Below, piece by piece: positions 50,200-63,530 of a stretch of 64,000 nucleotides of DNA (position 1 is the first letter of the stretch; every line of letters begins with the position of its first letter). The stretch spans positions 557,482 through 621,481 of the forward strand of contig RDEW01000019.1 of NCBI GenBank assembly GCA_011109175.1. The letters run 5' to 3'. This DNA comes from Dicyema japonicum. Taxonomy: Eukaryota > Animalia > Dicyemida. The notes beneath the pieces are model-generated. The model saw only the letters and a program-made list of their open reading frames with translations, was not told the DNA's origin and made no database searches. Position numbers and translations under genes: made by a program.

Positions 50200-50905
50200 G
50201 TGAGGAGATCTGGTAAAGGAATTTTAACAATTGTCAGGAAAATACTTTGATCACTGATATATCTCAAGATGTGTCTTCTTTCTATGATGGTGGTAATCCC
50301 TTAACAGATTTTATTGAACTATCTTTTTTTAAATCCTTTAACCTTCAAAAGCCTCAAAGGTCATGTCCAAACTCATGTTCTCTAAACCTATCGATACTAT
50401 GTAGTTTGAAAAATTTGATTATGCGATAATCCGGCAATTTTAACAGAAAAAAGTATATACTGTCGGCTTTAGATAAAATGGCTATTCTCTTCAATCCGGA
50501 TATTCATATTAAAATCGAGTCTATGGTCCAAAGAATCAACTCGATATACCGGAAAACAATCAGTATGCTTTTCCCACGTAATGGATCAACAGTCGACCCA
50601 CTACTCATGGAAGCTAAGATCCGTAGTCGTGGCTCCGGATTTCTTCGCGTCTGTGAAGAAGATGGAAATCCGCTTCGCCTGATCCTTCCCATGGCAAGAG
50701 AAAACCGATTGGATAAGAAATTCCCCTCCCCGATCGGATTCTTTTGCAAGACCGAGAGAAGGCTCTTCCGGAAAGTAGTGGGGACGATGGAAGATCACAG
50801 ACGTCGAATGGCACAAGTGATTGCGGGACTGGGATCACCTATCTGTTTGACTCTTTTGTCTTTCTTTCTCGGTGTTCTCGGGGTTATTAAAATAAATAAA
50901 TAAAT
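50200..50905 (+). mobile_element. Family J LINE 3' part with intact 3' tail
   Basis: RKVVGTMEDHRRRM...; 3' UTR TCTTTCTCGGTGTTCTCGGGGTTATTAAAATAAATAAA. Confidence 0.7.
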
Positions 50906-51959
50906 ATTAAAATCACAATCCGAAAAAGGATAGCCAAACTTTTTCAATATTTTAATGTGTGTCATATCTTTGACAGGGCATCTTTCATAGAATGTTTCTT
51001 TTCGTTTATGGTATCTTAAGCGATTAAAACCCAGAACTCAGAAGATCTCTTTAGTAGATCTCTTTATGCGCCACCCTGGTTCAAAAATTATTCGAATGCG
51101 GACTAGTGTAAATTTACCTGATTATCTGATTTCGCAGTGAAAAGTTTCTACATTAATAAAAAAGCGAAGATAATTACCCAACCAATTTTGAAAAAGATAA
51201 GCTCTTCATTCCCTTATCTTTTTTCAAAAATTTTAATTTGAAACTACCATCGTGGATCTTGACCCTTGCTATGGAAAAAAATCACTGAAAACTTGAATTG
51301 TAGACAGAAGCGATATCTTCTCTACGATTATCTAAACTGATTATTTCCCAGCTAATTCACGATCACATGTGGAACCTTTTAGGTCCATTGCTTCGTTATA
51401 TTCCTGTTTATGGTTCCGATGGTTCCGACATTGTCTCTGTCATTCAATTCAAACACTAGGTGTCACATAAACAAACTAATATAGCCTTTGGTCAACGCTT
51501 ACACCCAAACAAATATTTGAAGATATATTTGATCACGCCGATTCTGAAAAAAGAAATTCAAAAGATGTCCATTGTCCTACCGCTTTGTCTTTATAGCATG
51601 CACGTGTTTTCTCTATTAATTTCTAACAAAAAAATCATCATTGAATTAAAAAAGAAAATTACGCTGCCATTACGTGGTCTTGATAACTTTCAACTATCAT
51701 TTCATATTTGTTCGATGCTATTAACGGATTTTTCACTGCCAAGCGTTTTTTGAGATGAATCATAAGCCTTTTATCCTCATTATGGTTCAAAATAGGTAAG
51801 GTCTACTAAAGAAAATTAAAACTTCTTTATTGTTCTAATTAAAAGGAATTGGAAATTTTTTTATTAAGCGAATTTTTGCGTTTAAAAAATGATATTAACC
51901 AATTCATTTTAATAAAAAAGTGTTTATATAAATAGTTATGAAGTCAATAAAGTCAATTT

Positions 51960-53900
51960 CATAAAGTGCGCGGCCCATTTAACAGTTGGAGTAAAACCGA
52001 AGCATTTCAACGGACACTATGACCACGAGATTGAAGAACTATCCAAATTACAGAGGAACTTACGTTTGCAGGTCGAAACCTGTCAGGACCAGGCAAAGGA
52101 ACACACTCTAAGAGTCATTTGGAACCAAACCTCGTATAAAATAAAGAAAAGAACGAGGGAAATAAAGGAAAATAAACTTGTTGGAATGGCTTAAAAAGTA
52201 GAAAGTCTCAAAAACGAGCGCAATGTTCAAGGCTGTTCACCTACTACATAGAGACACGCATTCTTTAAAAATCACAATACATGATCAGTTTGGAAAGACT
52301 ATGTTAAACAAAAATGAAATTCTATCGGCCATATCCAGCCATTATCAGCAGGCCTTCAATAAAACCACGGGGAAAAAATCAAACAATTCGATGGTGAAGC
52401 ACGAGAACTAAATATTCCGATAACGATTCTGGAAACAAAAAAAGCCCTGGACATACTGAACAACAATAGAGCTGCTGGTCCTGACAACATAAATGCAGAA
52501 CTTCTCAAATATGCACCGACCGAGATCTCTGAACTATTAACTGAGATATACAACAAAACATTCAAATACAACACCCTGGATGTTGGTGATAGCACACTAA
52601 TTGCACTACAAAAACGGGGCAAAGCTAAAGGCCCCTTAACGAATTTAAGACCCATCGTACTATTGACGACTCTACGCAAGACACTATCACTTATAGCGCT
52701 GAACAGGATTGGATCTGACATCGAGAACTTTCTCTCTCACGGTCAAAGTGGATTCAGGTCAGGAAGATCTACAACTGATGTGGTCTGGTGATATCGATGG
52801 CTTTGTGCAACACATCAAAAGTACAAGGGGCTATTGGCATCCTTGGACATGTCCAAAGCCTTTGACTATATACACAGAGGGAGACTTTTGGATATCTTGG
52901 AGAATTTGGTTGTAGAAACCAGTGTTAGAATGATCCATCTATTACTTGGAACAACACAGTTAAGTGTACGTTTTGGAAATTTGGAGTCTGTCTCATTCGA
53001 GACAACGTTCGGGGTACCCCAGGGAGATTACTCGTCACCGGTACTTTATGTGACATATTTATAGCCGGAACTCAGTGACTTTAGACTATTAACTGGCGAC
53101 TTACCTCAAACTGAAATGATTTATGCAGATGATGTCGACTATATATCCAGCGTCGAGAAACTATATACGGACAAATAAGCCAGATGTCAGAAAAATGGTT
53201 CATCAAAATCAATACTGAAAAGACGGAGAAAACAACCATACGCCGTGAATTAACTCGAACTGATGAAAAATGGAGATACTGTAAAAAATTGAGGTCGTTG
53301 CTCGGAGACGCTGAGGATATTACTAACAGGAAATTTAGGCCTTTAGAAAAATGGGAGTAGTCTGGAATCATCGTAAACAAATTAGCACACAATTACGTGT
53401 AAGACTATACAATGCCTTCGTGAAACCGGTCCTAATGTACAACGCTGCAACCTGGGGAGTCTCACAAGCGGTAATGGACAAACTGTTGCATGCCACCAAC
53501 TGGCTAAAAAAATTACAAACAAGAATCTATACAAAATATGTAAAGCAAGACCATTTAGTCTGGATATCCTTGAATCAAGATGGTGTTTTGGTAACATCCC
53601 TCGATGCTCCAGATGACGCCTGTTAAAATAGCAATGGATAGCTATTTCTGCCCAGAAGTAATACTTCGCTCCGTGGAAGACCTCGCATAACTTTGCCAGA
53701 TGTTCTACACAAGGACCTGACCAATGTAAGACGAAAGCTGAAAACAGGAGATGATTGGATACGCTCAGAATAATTGCCAGTAACCGTGGAGCATGGAGGA
53801 AGTTAGTTAAGAGAATTGTAGGAGAAATAATAACCTGAAAAAAATACGGCACAAGCAGAACCTTAAATAAATTATTTTTGGTTCTTCGAAAGTGCTATTA
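51960..53900 (+). mobile_element. RTE LINE RT and 3' end, decayed
   Basis: AAGPDNINAELLKY, LDMSKAFD, GVPQGD, YADDVDYIS and VKPVLMYNAATW; (TAA)n tail. Confidence 0.9.
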
Positions 53901-54402
53901 ATAATAATAATTGCTGTCGTGTTGCAGAAAAACATAATTTCCGATTCTGAAAGAGTTTCTTTTAAAAATATCAAAAATATGTTCATTTCTCTGGACGGAA
54001 TGCTGTTATGTAAATGATGTGTAACTAATTAGAATCGATTGGTTATCGAAATACACAGGCAAACATACAAACTAATTTTAAATATAAACAATAGATTGCA
54101 AAATTATATTAAAATCAACTATTGATTGTTTTGCTATTGATCTAGGCGAAGCATATTTATCTGCAAAATATACCACTTAATATTACGAAATTCTGCAATC
54201 ATAAACTTTTCAGACAAATATTGCCATTTGTAACCCTGGAAACCAAATACGTGACATCTAAAGTTTGGATGGTTTAAAAATTTAATAAACAATTTCAAAT
54301 GAGAACACTGTTTAATGATCGACAGAACTTACGTGGTTAACACATATTATCACTATCTGTAATTGTATAGAAGGGGAGTCTATATTAATCAAAAAGCAAA
54401 GT

Positions 54403-54552
54403 GGAGGGTTTTCCACAACTGCAACTATGGACGTGTTTTACCCTTTATGCTGATTCCTGATAGACTCTTTCTGTAGAAGTGGAAACTGGATGCACTTAAT
54501 TAGTTGTTTACTTTAACTTCTTTCTCGGTGTATCTGAGGTTAATAAATAAAT
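54403..54552 (+). mobile_element. SINE family A, 5'-truncated copy
   Basis: 3' 150 bp of SINE A between perfect 12-bp TSDs AAAAAGCAAAGT (54391-54402, 54553-54564). Confidence 0.85.
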
Positions 54553-55129
54553 AAAAAGCAAAGTAATCTATAATTAAAGAAACTTTGAAGCCTAGCTACA
54601 CTAAAAAGCCACGACGCACGTGAGACTCGGTGGCTTCTCCAGTTGATCTCTGTTACGATCTCGAGAGACAACGTTGATTATGTCGACGGGGACCACTTTT
54701 GATTGATTTTTGTGTTTTTTTAATAAATTAAAAAAATCTATAATTCATTACTTTACAAAAATTTAAAAGACATAAACGGGGAATACCATTTATTAACATA
54801 TTTTTTGAAAGAAATTGAATCAGAAAATTTAAAATTTTTATAGCATATTATTTGTTATAGAATGCTGATTTATGAAAGGTTCTTGTACAGAACGAAAACA
54901 AACGACATTTCTGTGATTGTGGAATCAACTGAAATAGTAATTCTCAATTTGATCATTCATTGTTAATGGAATCCCTGACACATCATGTAAAGTGGAGAAG
55001 TCATTTCCGATTCTTCACAAAATTTTAACGGAAGATTGAACTTTCATACCCGAAAATGTCAAATAATTTCTAATTTTGTGTTTTTTTAATAAAACGCTTA
55101 ATTTAACAATAAAATATTATTTATTAAAA

Positions 55130-55270
55130 ATAACGGGGAAGAGCGGCTGTTGACATTACGGAGTACGCGTTTCCACGGACAACTGCAATCCCAATTCGTT
55201 GCTTCAGCCAGACCGCTTCCCACACGTCTTTCTTACGATGGGTCAATTTCCCCCCGATTTCCTTCAGGAA
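55130..55270 (-). mobile_element. CRE-like RLE 3' end
   Basis: LKEIGGKL...WLKQRIGIAVVRGNAYSV. Confidence 0.7.
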
Positions 55271-56149
55271 ATTTTGTGTTTTAAAAATAAAAAGTAATCC
55301 AACTTTTCATTTAAGGCCAACTTTTTATTTGTATTAAATCAACAATTAAATTTAATTGAATTTTTAAAGTTTTCAAGTGAAATTCAGCATATCCGTCTTC
55401 CGAAGATGAAATTGCGTATCCATTTTGTAATTTGATTTGGAAGACTCAGCGGCATGATTTTGCACATAAGTAGACATCTTGATACTACTGAGTTGAAAGC
55501 CTTCTCAATATCAACTGGCACAAAAAAGTTCTTTCAGGAGGGGCTTTAATCAAAGCCTTCTGTGATGAATTGAGTCACGCTGAATGATGAGTCATGGTGA
55601 AATGGAATTTTCGAAAGCTTGTTGTGAAAGAGATAACAGAAGATAAGGAATAAAGCAACGTGAATGATTTTTAAACGATTTTAGAAATAACAGAAAAGAG
55701 ATATTTGTGTATAAGAGACTGGGTTGTTTCAGGGTTTGTTTGGTTTTAATACAAAAATAATGTTAGCCTACTTACATATATTTGGGATTTGGTTATGTTT
55801 TAGTGAGTAATTGAAGACATTTGTCAAACTATCAACACCAATATTTTCAAGAATTTTAGGTGATAGATGGAGATGTTAAGTCCCAGTAGCAGAAGAATTT
55901 TTTAGTTGACAAAGTGGCTTTCTTGTCATTATAAATGTAATTTGGAACATGATCCATTTGTTTTTGATTTTTCTTAGAGATTTGTTTTTTTTGATCTTTT
56001 TTTTCAATATCCGAATAAGGTACGCGAATTTTTGCATAATGAATCGTTACTTCCATTTCCTTGTTACTTTGTTGATTTTTGAGTGATATTTGAATTTAGC
56101 TCGTTTAATATTTTAGGATCTATATTCTTGCATTTCACTAGTTTTCTCT

Positions 56150-56560
56150 GATTTATCAAGCATATTATGTCACTTGTGAGATTTGGTAGATAATTCGGTA
56201 TTGATCCAACGATTTTACAAGCTTTGATCGATACATTGTTGAGAACGACTATAATTCTACTCTAATTATATGACTAATTTGATCAGTGATTTTCAAAAGC
56301 GATATAATCTGGAGAGTAAATCCTTGTGCAAATCGAAACCCTTTCCATAGTGTTTGATGTCCTATGGGAGTAGAATTAATTTGTAGTTTCCAAAGCGTTC
56401 GTCAAGTCTTTATCTGACCTTGGTCTCTTGGAAATATAAGACTGAACATCGATACTTCTCAATATTCAAGCATAGTTTGTGCCTCTTTGATCAGTCATTG
56501 AGCTCTCTGGCGTTGAAGAGAATCATTCAGAAGGTATACGATATGAGTGCAAGATAGGGA
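56150..56560 (-). mobile_element. RTE APE fragment
   Basis: QETKV...YKLILLP...HYGKGF. Confidence 0.6.
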
Positions 56561-56650
56561 CTATTTACTTTAGGTGTTTTAATAACGAATAATGTAATTT
56601 TAATATATTTAAGTTTATTATTTCGAATAAAGTATCAATTTATAATTATG

Positions 56651-56790
56651 CACGTGGCGCCAACGTTAGTGTCGTTCTATGTGGCTACTTGAATTGAAGA
56701 TTTTTTGTAGGTTCTTCTGTTCCTTCTCTTCCCTTTTGGCTTCAGGGAGCTTGAATTGTTAGTGTGCGTCATGTAGTTCACCATCTCTGG
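56651..56790 (+). mobile_element. SINE family A-related 5' part
   Basis: GCACGTGGCGCC...TGGCTACTTGA...pyrimidine tract...GCGTCATGT. Confidence 0.5.
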
Positions 56791-56969
56791 TGGCGCCAAA
56801 TATAATCCTAAATTATATCCAAAAATTACCATTGGTCAACAACTATCCGAAGTGTTCCCCATGGACGGCACTTCCTTTAATTCCTAGCATGCGGTGACTG
56901 CTGTCGGAGGTTGGGATGACCTGAATTTTTCATTTTTATTATAACGGTATTTTTCTAGTTCAATAAATT

Positions 56970-57200
56970 TAACTTAAACCAATTCCTTGACCCCAACGGG
57001 TTCCAGGAGACCCCTCACCCAAGCACAGTTATCCAAAGGATGTTGTCAGGGAAGTTGATGTTGATTAAAGAAATCGTCGCTAGTGGAATAAATAAATTGA
57101 TCAATTTGAGTGCCGACCAGGCATTGAACGTTTCCTGAGTATGGTGGATACAATGACTCCACCAGAGGGAAGGAAGAAAATCAAGTAATTACATGGTACC
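56970..57200 (-). mobile_element. 3' end of family J LINE
   Basis: DNCAWVRGLLEPVGVKELV*; DNA similarity to 2640-2880. Confidence 0.55.
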
Positions 57201-57338
57201 ACGCGGCTATTAGTAACTTTTTACAAAAAGAATTACATCTCAGATCAAAATTACCTTATTTTGTTAATAAAATTAATTTTTGAAATATTAAAATATTATT
57301 AAATTAAAATATTAAATAATTTTCATAATTTATGCAAG

Positions 57339-59272
57339 ATGGAAAAGAGTCCACATTCGCGATCAAATAGTTCAATTGTTTCGAAATCTTCTTCTGCCAG
57401 CATTGACAACCTTTTGGGAGGAAAACATATTATTGACGGTTTTATAACTTAATTCAATTACCATCAGAATTCATGTGCGCTATTTATAAAGACGTTCTCT
57501 GTCAAGGAAAACTGATCGTCACTGAAACCAATATTATGTTTTATGGAAAAATATTCACGAGAGAGATCCACGTTGTTTATTATGAGACTTTTAGGAACTT
57601 ATATATTTTGAAGAGATTCAGTCCATAGTGAGGACAAAAACTGCTTATTTGTTTGACAGTGCTATTCAATTTAACTGTACTGATGGACATTCTCTGGTCA
57701 TGTACGGATTTGTGAACCGAGAGAAGGTCTACTCTCTTTTAGTGAATATTCATCGCACATTTCACTTGGATAGTAGCAAGTTGGTTAACGAGAGTGTAAA
57801 CTCGATACCAGAAGTCGGCTATGACCTATTTAAAGAACCTTTTGACCTAAAAAATTTTACAGGTAATTTTCATTTTATATTTGTTTGGCTATTTATTAAA
57901 TTTTGTGTGCATCGTTATGTACTATATTTTTGCGAGTAATTTTTTGTTTGAGCGGCTGACACCTCTCTAGTAATCTGGATAGTAGCGAGTTTACCGCAAG
58001 CGAAACCTTAAGTAATCGCATATTTATGGGAAACGTGAAAGTGCTTTTATCTAACTTATTTATTAAAAGGCTTGATAGGCTCTCAGAATGAATTCAGAGT
58101 TATTCCCTGGAAGGTATTTTGGAAAGCATTGCTTTATTTTGGGCCCATCTTTCCATGATCTATTTTCTTTCTATAAAAAATTTATTATTATTTTGGCAAA
58201 TTACTGGTAATTTTGCAGTTATTTTTTAAATATTATTATTAGCACTTTCACGAGAGCCATAATATTTATAGCCCACGCATGTGCAGCCAATTTTTAAATA
58301 ATTTTGCTTAAATAATAATTTTTACGCGAATAATATTTTTTGCTAATTTATTAACTTTGCTATTTTATTTTGATATTTTTAGAATATCCATATGAATGCG
58401 ATATGCAAAACCACCTTCCAACATGTCTCGTGGACTGTATTCTGCCAATGAGTTGTTATGACGTTTTTATGAAGCTCTTTTATAGCTCCGATTTTAGTTC
58501 TCGGTTATCTCTTCTTAATAGGGTTACTTGTAACTGTTTTTGCCTTATTTTAGTCAATTCTATTTCTACGTGGTCTGAGACCCCCTCTAAAGGATACATG
58601 AGAACGTTGCATTATAAGGTCCCCACAAAGTTCAAACTCGCAACATTTGACGTCGATATAACTGAAGAACAAGTCATTTTAGAAAACTCAGAAAGCGGGA
58701 AAATATATTCAATCAACAGCACGTGCATTAATAAGGATATTCCCTATGCTAATTCTTTTCACGTGAAATTGCAGTAATTTTATGTGCTTTATGGTAGTTA
58801 TTGCATTGTTGGAATTTCCGATACTTCTTCTCAGCTTAATATCTCCTGTGAGATTTCTTTTACTGACACATCTCTTTGGAAAATCACGCAAAATCAAATT
58901 CGTCAAAACGCCACGGCGGAAACTGCGCTTAAAATTGAAAAAGCAGGTTTGTTAAAATTTTATGAAAAAGTGAAGCTGCTAAACGAAGCGGCTGGTAATT
59001 CTTACTTAAACGAGGTTGATAATGTGAATGAAGTGGTAACCTCAAAACTGCAAGCTTTTGCCAATTTCACTTATCAATTTGGCATCAAAATTACAGCCGC
59101 TGTCTACTCTGAGGCTACTTTTCAGAATATTATGCTAGTTTTAATGTTTTCACTTGTTTTATTTCCCATAGATTCTATATATTGTTTGTCATTTCCAGTC
59201 AATTGGATGATATTGGAAAGAACGCTAAACGATGAATTTAAATATTATTCATATTTATTTTCTTTTATTTAA
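57339..59272 (+). CDS. GRAM and VASt domain sterol-transfer protein (GRAMD1/Aster-like)
   Basis: GRAM: FMCAIYKDVLCQGKLIVTETNIMFYGKIF...KTAYLFDSAIQF; VASt: DIPYANSFHV...YCIVGISDTSSQLNISCEISF; C-terminal hydrophobic segment; introns 57439-57467 and 57572-57594; middle and terminal exons uncertain. Confidence 0.85.
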
Positions 59273-59559
59273 AATATTTTATTTTTAAATGAATTATATT
59301 AAAGCATGTGTTCATTTTCAAATGTAAATATTATTTGATCCTCGCTGGAGACATCGAACAGAAACCCGGATCCAACAAAAAGATAAATTCCTGAGCATCA
59401 TTTAACTCGACATAAACGACCTTACACGAATCCACTGAACTTTTTGTATTTTTTTCCACTTCCAATATTGATATCGTCCTTTTACAGGGAACAATTCTTC
59501 TCAAAAAATTAATCTTTTCCAAGCTCAAAGACTACTCATACATAATAGCCGCTAGTCTC

Positions 59560-60530
59560 CTACAAGTTGGTGAGACGAGGTAACTTAACTAACTGACTAA
59601 CATGTCCACTTTCGTAGTATAGAGCTGTTGCAATAAACATTCACGTCCATAATCGTCACATTTGAAACAAACATTATCCTGCCATGGACCCTGAGAATAT
59701 CAAACAAAAGAATATACGAGGGGATGAGCTGCTCGAAATATAATGGAGGCTCTTTGGACATGTATTGCGAATGGACCAAGAAATCCAAACAAGTGTGATC
59801 TGATAGATTTCTTCACTTCAGACGTTCCCCGATTCTGTAGACAACCAAGGATCAGCTTATCAATGGTTTTGGACAGTGATTTCTAAAAGATTTGGGGGCG
59901 TCTCAGAGAGGAATTGGCAACGAAAGGGCGAAATAGAAGAGAATCCGGATAGTTTCTCATGCTGCATTTAGCTTCCGTTGATAATAATTACTTTCAGTTT
60001 TAGTCATTTTCTAAATAATAACTAGTTATTTCTGTAAATTGTTATCCATTCTAGGCATAAATTAGATTTCCTTTCTCAGGATCAAGATTATGCCAAAATT
60101 GGGAGTGGATGATCTTTGTCAATTATGAAAGCGGCATGAAGGACAGTTTGATGGAAAGACTAGTAAAGAAGATAGTATGGACTATGGCACAAACGAACCA
60201 TATGCTTATGGAAAAAACTTGAGTGCTTTCAACTACTATCTAATTCTCTGCTAACATAAAATTTACGTAGAGGAGTTATTACTGTAGTTATTATCCTTCC
60301 GACTTATATGGTCAGTTAACCTAATGGTTAATTGGTCTGAAGGTTGAGTCGGTGATTTTTACACAAAATGTCCACTTCGTTTCATGATTTATAAAAACCC
60401 TTGTCTTCTTTCTTGTACGGATGAAATGATAAGCTCAAGATACTTCACAAACCCAAAATTCTGGACAAAAAAGGAAATGTAGGGTTCATAAATTATCCAG
60501 ACTCGATTCCCGTTTCCCTCAAAATTCTTG
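59560..60530 (-). mobile_element. Family J LINE fragments
   Basis: Decayed post-RT similarity; J-like 3' UTR TAGTCAGTTAGTTAAG. Confidence 0.4.
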
Positions 60531-60561
60531 AAATTTTATAGATGATATTTAATAATTATTA

Positions 60562-60883
60562 GCCGCGTGGCGCCATGTAGTGCTGCGTGGTTAATTGGTT
60601 GAGGTTTTCTGCTTGCTTGTCTGTTCCTCCTCTCTATTCCTAGTAGAGTGGCGTCATGTGATCCGCCTGTCTAGGTGACGCCAGTGCCAGGCCGGCACGA
60701 AAAAGGATCATTTGCTCTTCCCCACTCCACTGGAGAGGTTTCCACAACTGCATGTAATGGACGTCTTACCTTTTATGTTGATTCCGGATGGACACTGTTT
60801 CTGTAGAAGTGGAAACTGGATACACTTAATTATTGTTTACTTTAACTTCTTTCTCGGTGTATCCGGAGTAAATAAATAAATAA
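60562..60883 (+). mobile_element. SINE family A, full-length copy
   Basis: Highly similar to 8527-8837 with ~14 bp extra internally; (TAAA)n tail. Confidence 0.9.
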
Positions 60884-61009
60884 TACGATTTTACATTTGG
60901 TGAATAATAATAGTAGTACTTAATTCAAAAAACAATTTGGATCGATAAGCCATTATTATATATATTGAACTTTATTTAAACAATTTGTAAAACAAAGAAA
61001 AAATAAATT

Positions 61010-61260
61010 CATCTAGGAAGCTAGAATCGCCAGGCTGCTTCCTCTGACAATAGATAGCGAGATGCGCTCTCGAAGTGATCCAGTCTCAAGTAGATCCTTG
61101 GTGACCCTTTGGATCATTGAACCAAACCTTACCGTCCGCTTGTGGGCCATGGATTCCTGACGCCTTGACAGAAATGGGAGAAACAAGTGATCCTCTGAAA
61201 TTCTTCAGTAATTCCTTTTCTTCTGATCCTCAGCTTGCTTAGAAGCATGACCTGGTTATA
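61010..61260 (-). mobile_element. CRE-like RLE 3' end
   Basis: GHASKQAEDQKKRNY...FLP...LRERISLSIVRGSSLAILAS*. Confidence 0.7.
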
Positions 61261-61385
61261 GTCAACTATAATAATTCAGCATATGTTAATAAATTCTAAA
61301 CGAAAAAATTATTGTTAATTTTAGTTTTCGTCGATTTCAGCTAAGTTGAACGATAACTTAATATTTTTTTCAAAATTATAAAAAT

Positions 61386-62396
61386 TTAATCGACTTTATT
61401 TTTGCTAATAAATGTTTTAATTTTGGAATTTGCTGATTCGTATTTGTTAATTTCTTCTTTAATCTTTTTATTTTTCAATTTAATTTCTTCAATCTTAAAT
61501 TTAATTTTTGAATAAAACTTTTTTGTTTAAACAGCTTAGTTTGTTTTGCTTCGCATGATTTAAATTTTTAGAATTTTCCAACGATGCAGTTAATTCTTCC
61601 ATTTCTTGTTGTCTCTTTTTTATTTTTTCCTGAACTAAATTAGTTTTAAATTCAATTTGTTGTTGGTCTAATTCATTCTGCAGTTTAAATTTTTTCAATT
61701 CTTGTAATTTTTGCATCAACGATTCAGATTTTTGCTTCCACTTATCTTCATTGACTTCTGTACATAATATTTGGCTATAATTTTCACTCAAACTCTTGCA
61801 TATTAATAAATCAAACTCTCAATTCTTTTCTGCTTTCAGAATTTTCTAGTTTAAGCTGGTCGATCTCAAATTGAATGTTTTCTCTTTCGTTTTTTTCCAT
61901 CGAAAGACGTTTTTCTTGATCCTGTCGTGATTTCTGGTTTTTAGAAATCAGTTCATTTTCCTTCTCCTTAATTTCATTTTGATCTAAATTTACTATTTTC
62001 TGGATAACTTTGGATTTTTAGGTTTTCTAAGCATAATTCGAACTCATTTCTTTTTTGCTCGAGCTGAAACTGCAATTTATTAATAGTTTGCTTTTTGTCA
62101 TCCAAAATCCCGCTTAAAGTCGATTCCTATAATTGTCAGTCATTCAACTAGAAAACTTCTTTTTTCGTTAAATTCAATTCTTCCATTCTTTGCTGTAGTT
62201 TTATGCGCGCCAAATTGAGTTCATCCCAAGACTCAAATTTGATAAGACTTTTACCTTTTTGTATGTTTCCATGGTTACGGCCAAATTTTCCTCCTGAAGT
62301 TTGTCACAGTCAGTTTCTATGATTTTGGAATTAGTTCTTTTAGACTGAAAGATAAAAAAAATTAAAAACTGAAACGTGATTTTTTTGAGCCTTCAT
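61386..62396 (-). CDS. Coiled-coil protein of unknown identity (about 7 exons)
   Basis: Continuous E/K/Q/L-rich reading frame after removing six 22-30 nt GT-AG introns (e.g. 61795-61816); start codon uncertain. Confidence 0.7.
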
Positions 62397-63099
62397 TCGG
62401 CCGTAAGATTTATCTTTCCTAATATTTAGCTTTCAGTGTGAATACCCGAATACACGTATCTTTAATAAAAATGTTTTTATGGCGGAGTATAAAATTTTAA
62501 CTTTGTTGGTTGGGTAGGAACCATTGTTTTAAAGTATTTGTTATTGTAGCGAATTACCGCACATTAAATAGATTTGATTGTTTCTCTTCATTCAATCATC
62601 TAATTATGGACGCTTCTGCTTTTTAATCGTTTTCACGCACAAACATGTTTAAATTATACATTTTTATCAAAAAGTTGATTTTATTAGAATTTTAATGGCT
62701 TTATTGATCAGAATAAATTTAGTACAAAAATTTCTTCATTTCAAATGTACATAGAGCATAAAGCGATGGCTGTAGAATTTTCTATTAGGCCAGGTGAGGT
62801 CACAATAATAGAATGAATTCGAGATCACGTTTAGTCCCTAACGGGGTATACACAAAATTCCTTCTCTCTCAGATTCTATACCAACAATTGATTGTATTTT
62901 AAGGAATTTTAAGTTGAATTTAAGTATATCGAAAAAAGTTTAGTTTTTTTGGGTGTTTTTCAGGTTGAAAAAAGGATTTTTTACTCAGTTAGCGATAGAA
63001 ACTTAATGTTGAAGCAAACTAGTAATGACCATACAAACTGCCCTTATCGACAAACAATCGACAATAAAGGTGAAATTTTTAACTCTTGAAGTCTTGAAA

Positions 63100-63530
63100 A
63101 CTCTCCGTTAAAATTCGAGCAGCACTGAGGGTTTAGAAACTGGTAGATAGGATCCAAGATGAAGCGTCACAGGAGAAATACATCTAAATCCCGGCCTCCC
63201 TCACAGTCTTTGCATACTCTGTAGAAGCGAAATTTCCTTACATCTTCTTTGTGTCCAAAGTGATCACCATATGCACTGGTAGGACAGCTTACTTTGCCCG
63301 TTTTGACCTCTTGGTCTTCTCAGCGGCAGAACAGGCTCCAAAGGCACTCTGGTGTAAGCCGTAAAGGCGAATGTGTTGGTGCAGGTGACACCCCAAACAA
63401 GAGGTTTCCCGGCTTCAAAACGGAAGATGGTCGCGCCATCGGGAAGTTTCCCGCCACATTTGCTAAGACAGATTAGTTGACTGGTTCTTAACGTGGGCAC
63501 CGGTGCCTCTTAATGGGGATGAACATATTA
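63100..63530 (-). mobile_element. CRE-like RLE domain remnant
   Basis: GKLPDGATIFRFEAGKPLVWGVTC (PD-D/ExK-type endonuclease signature). Confidence 0.8.
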
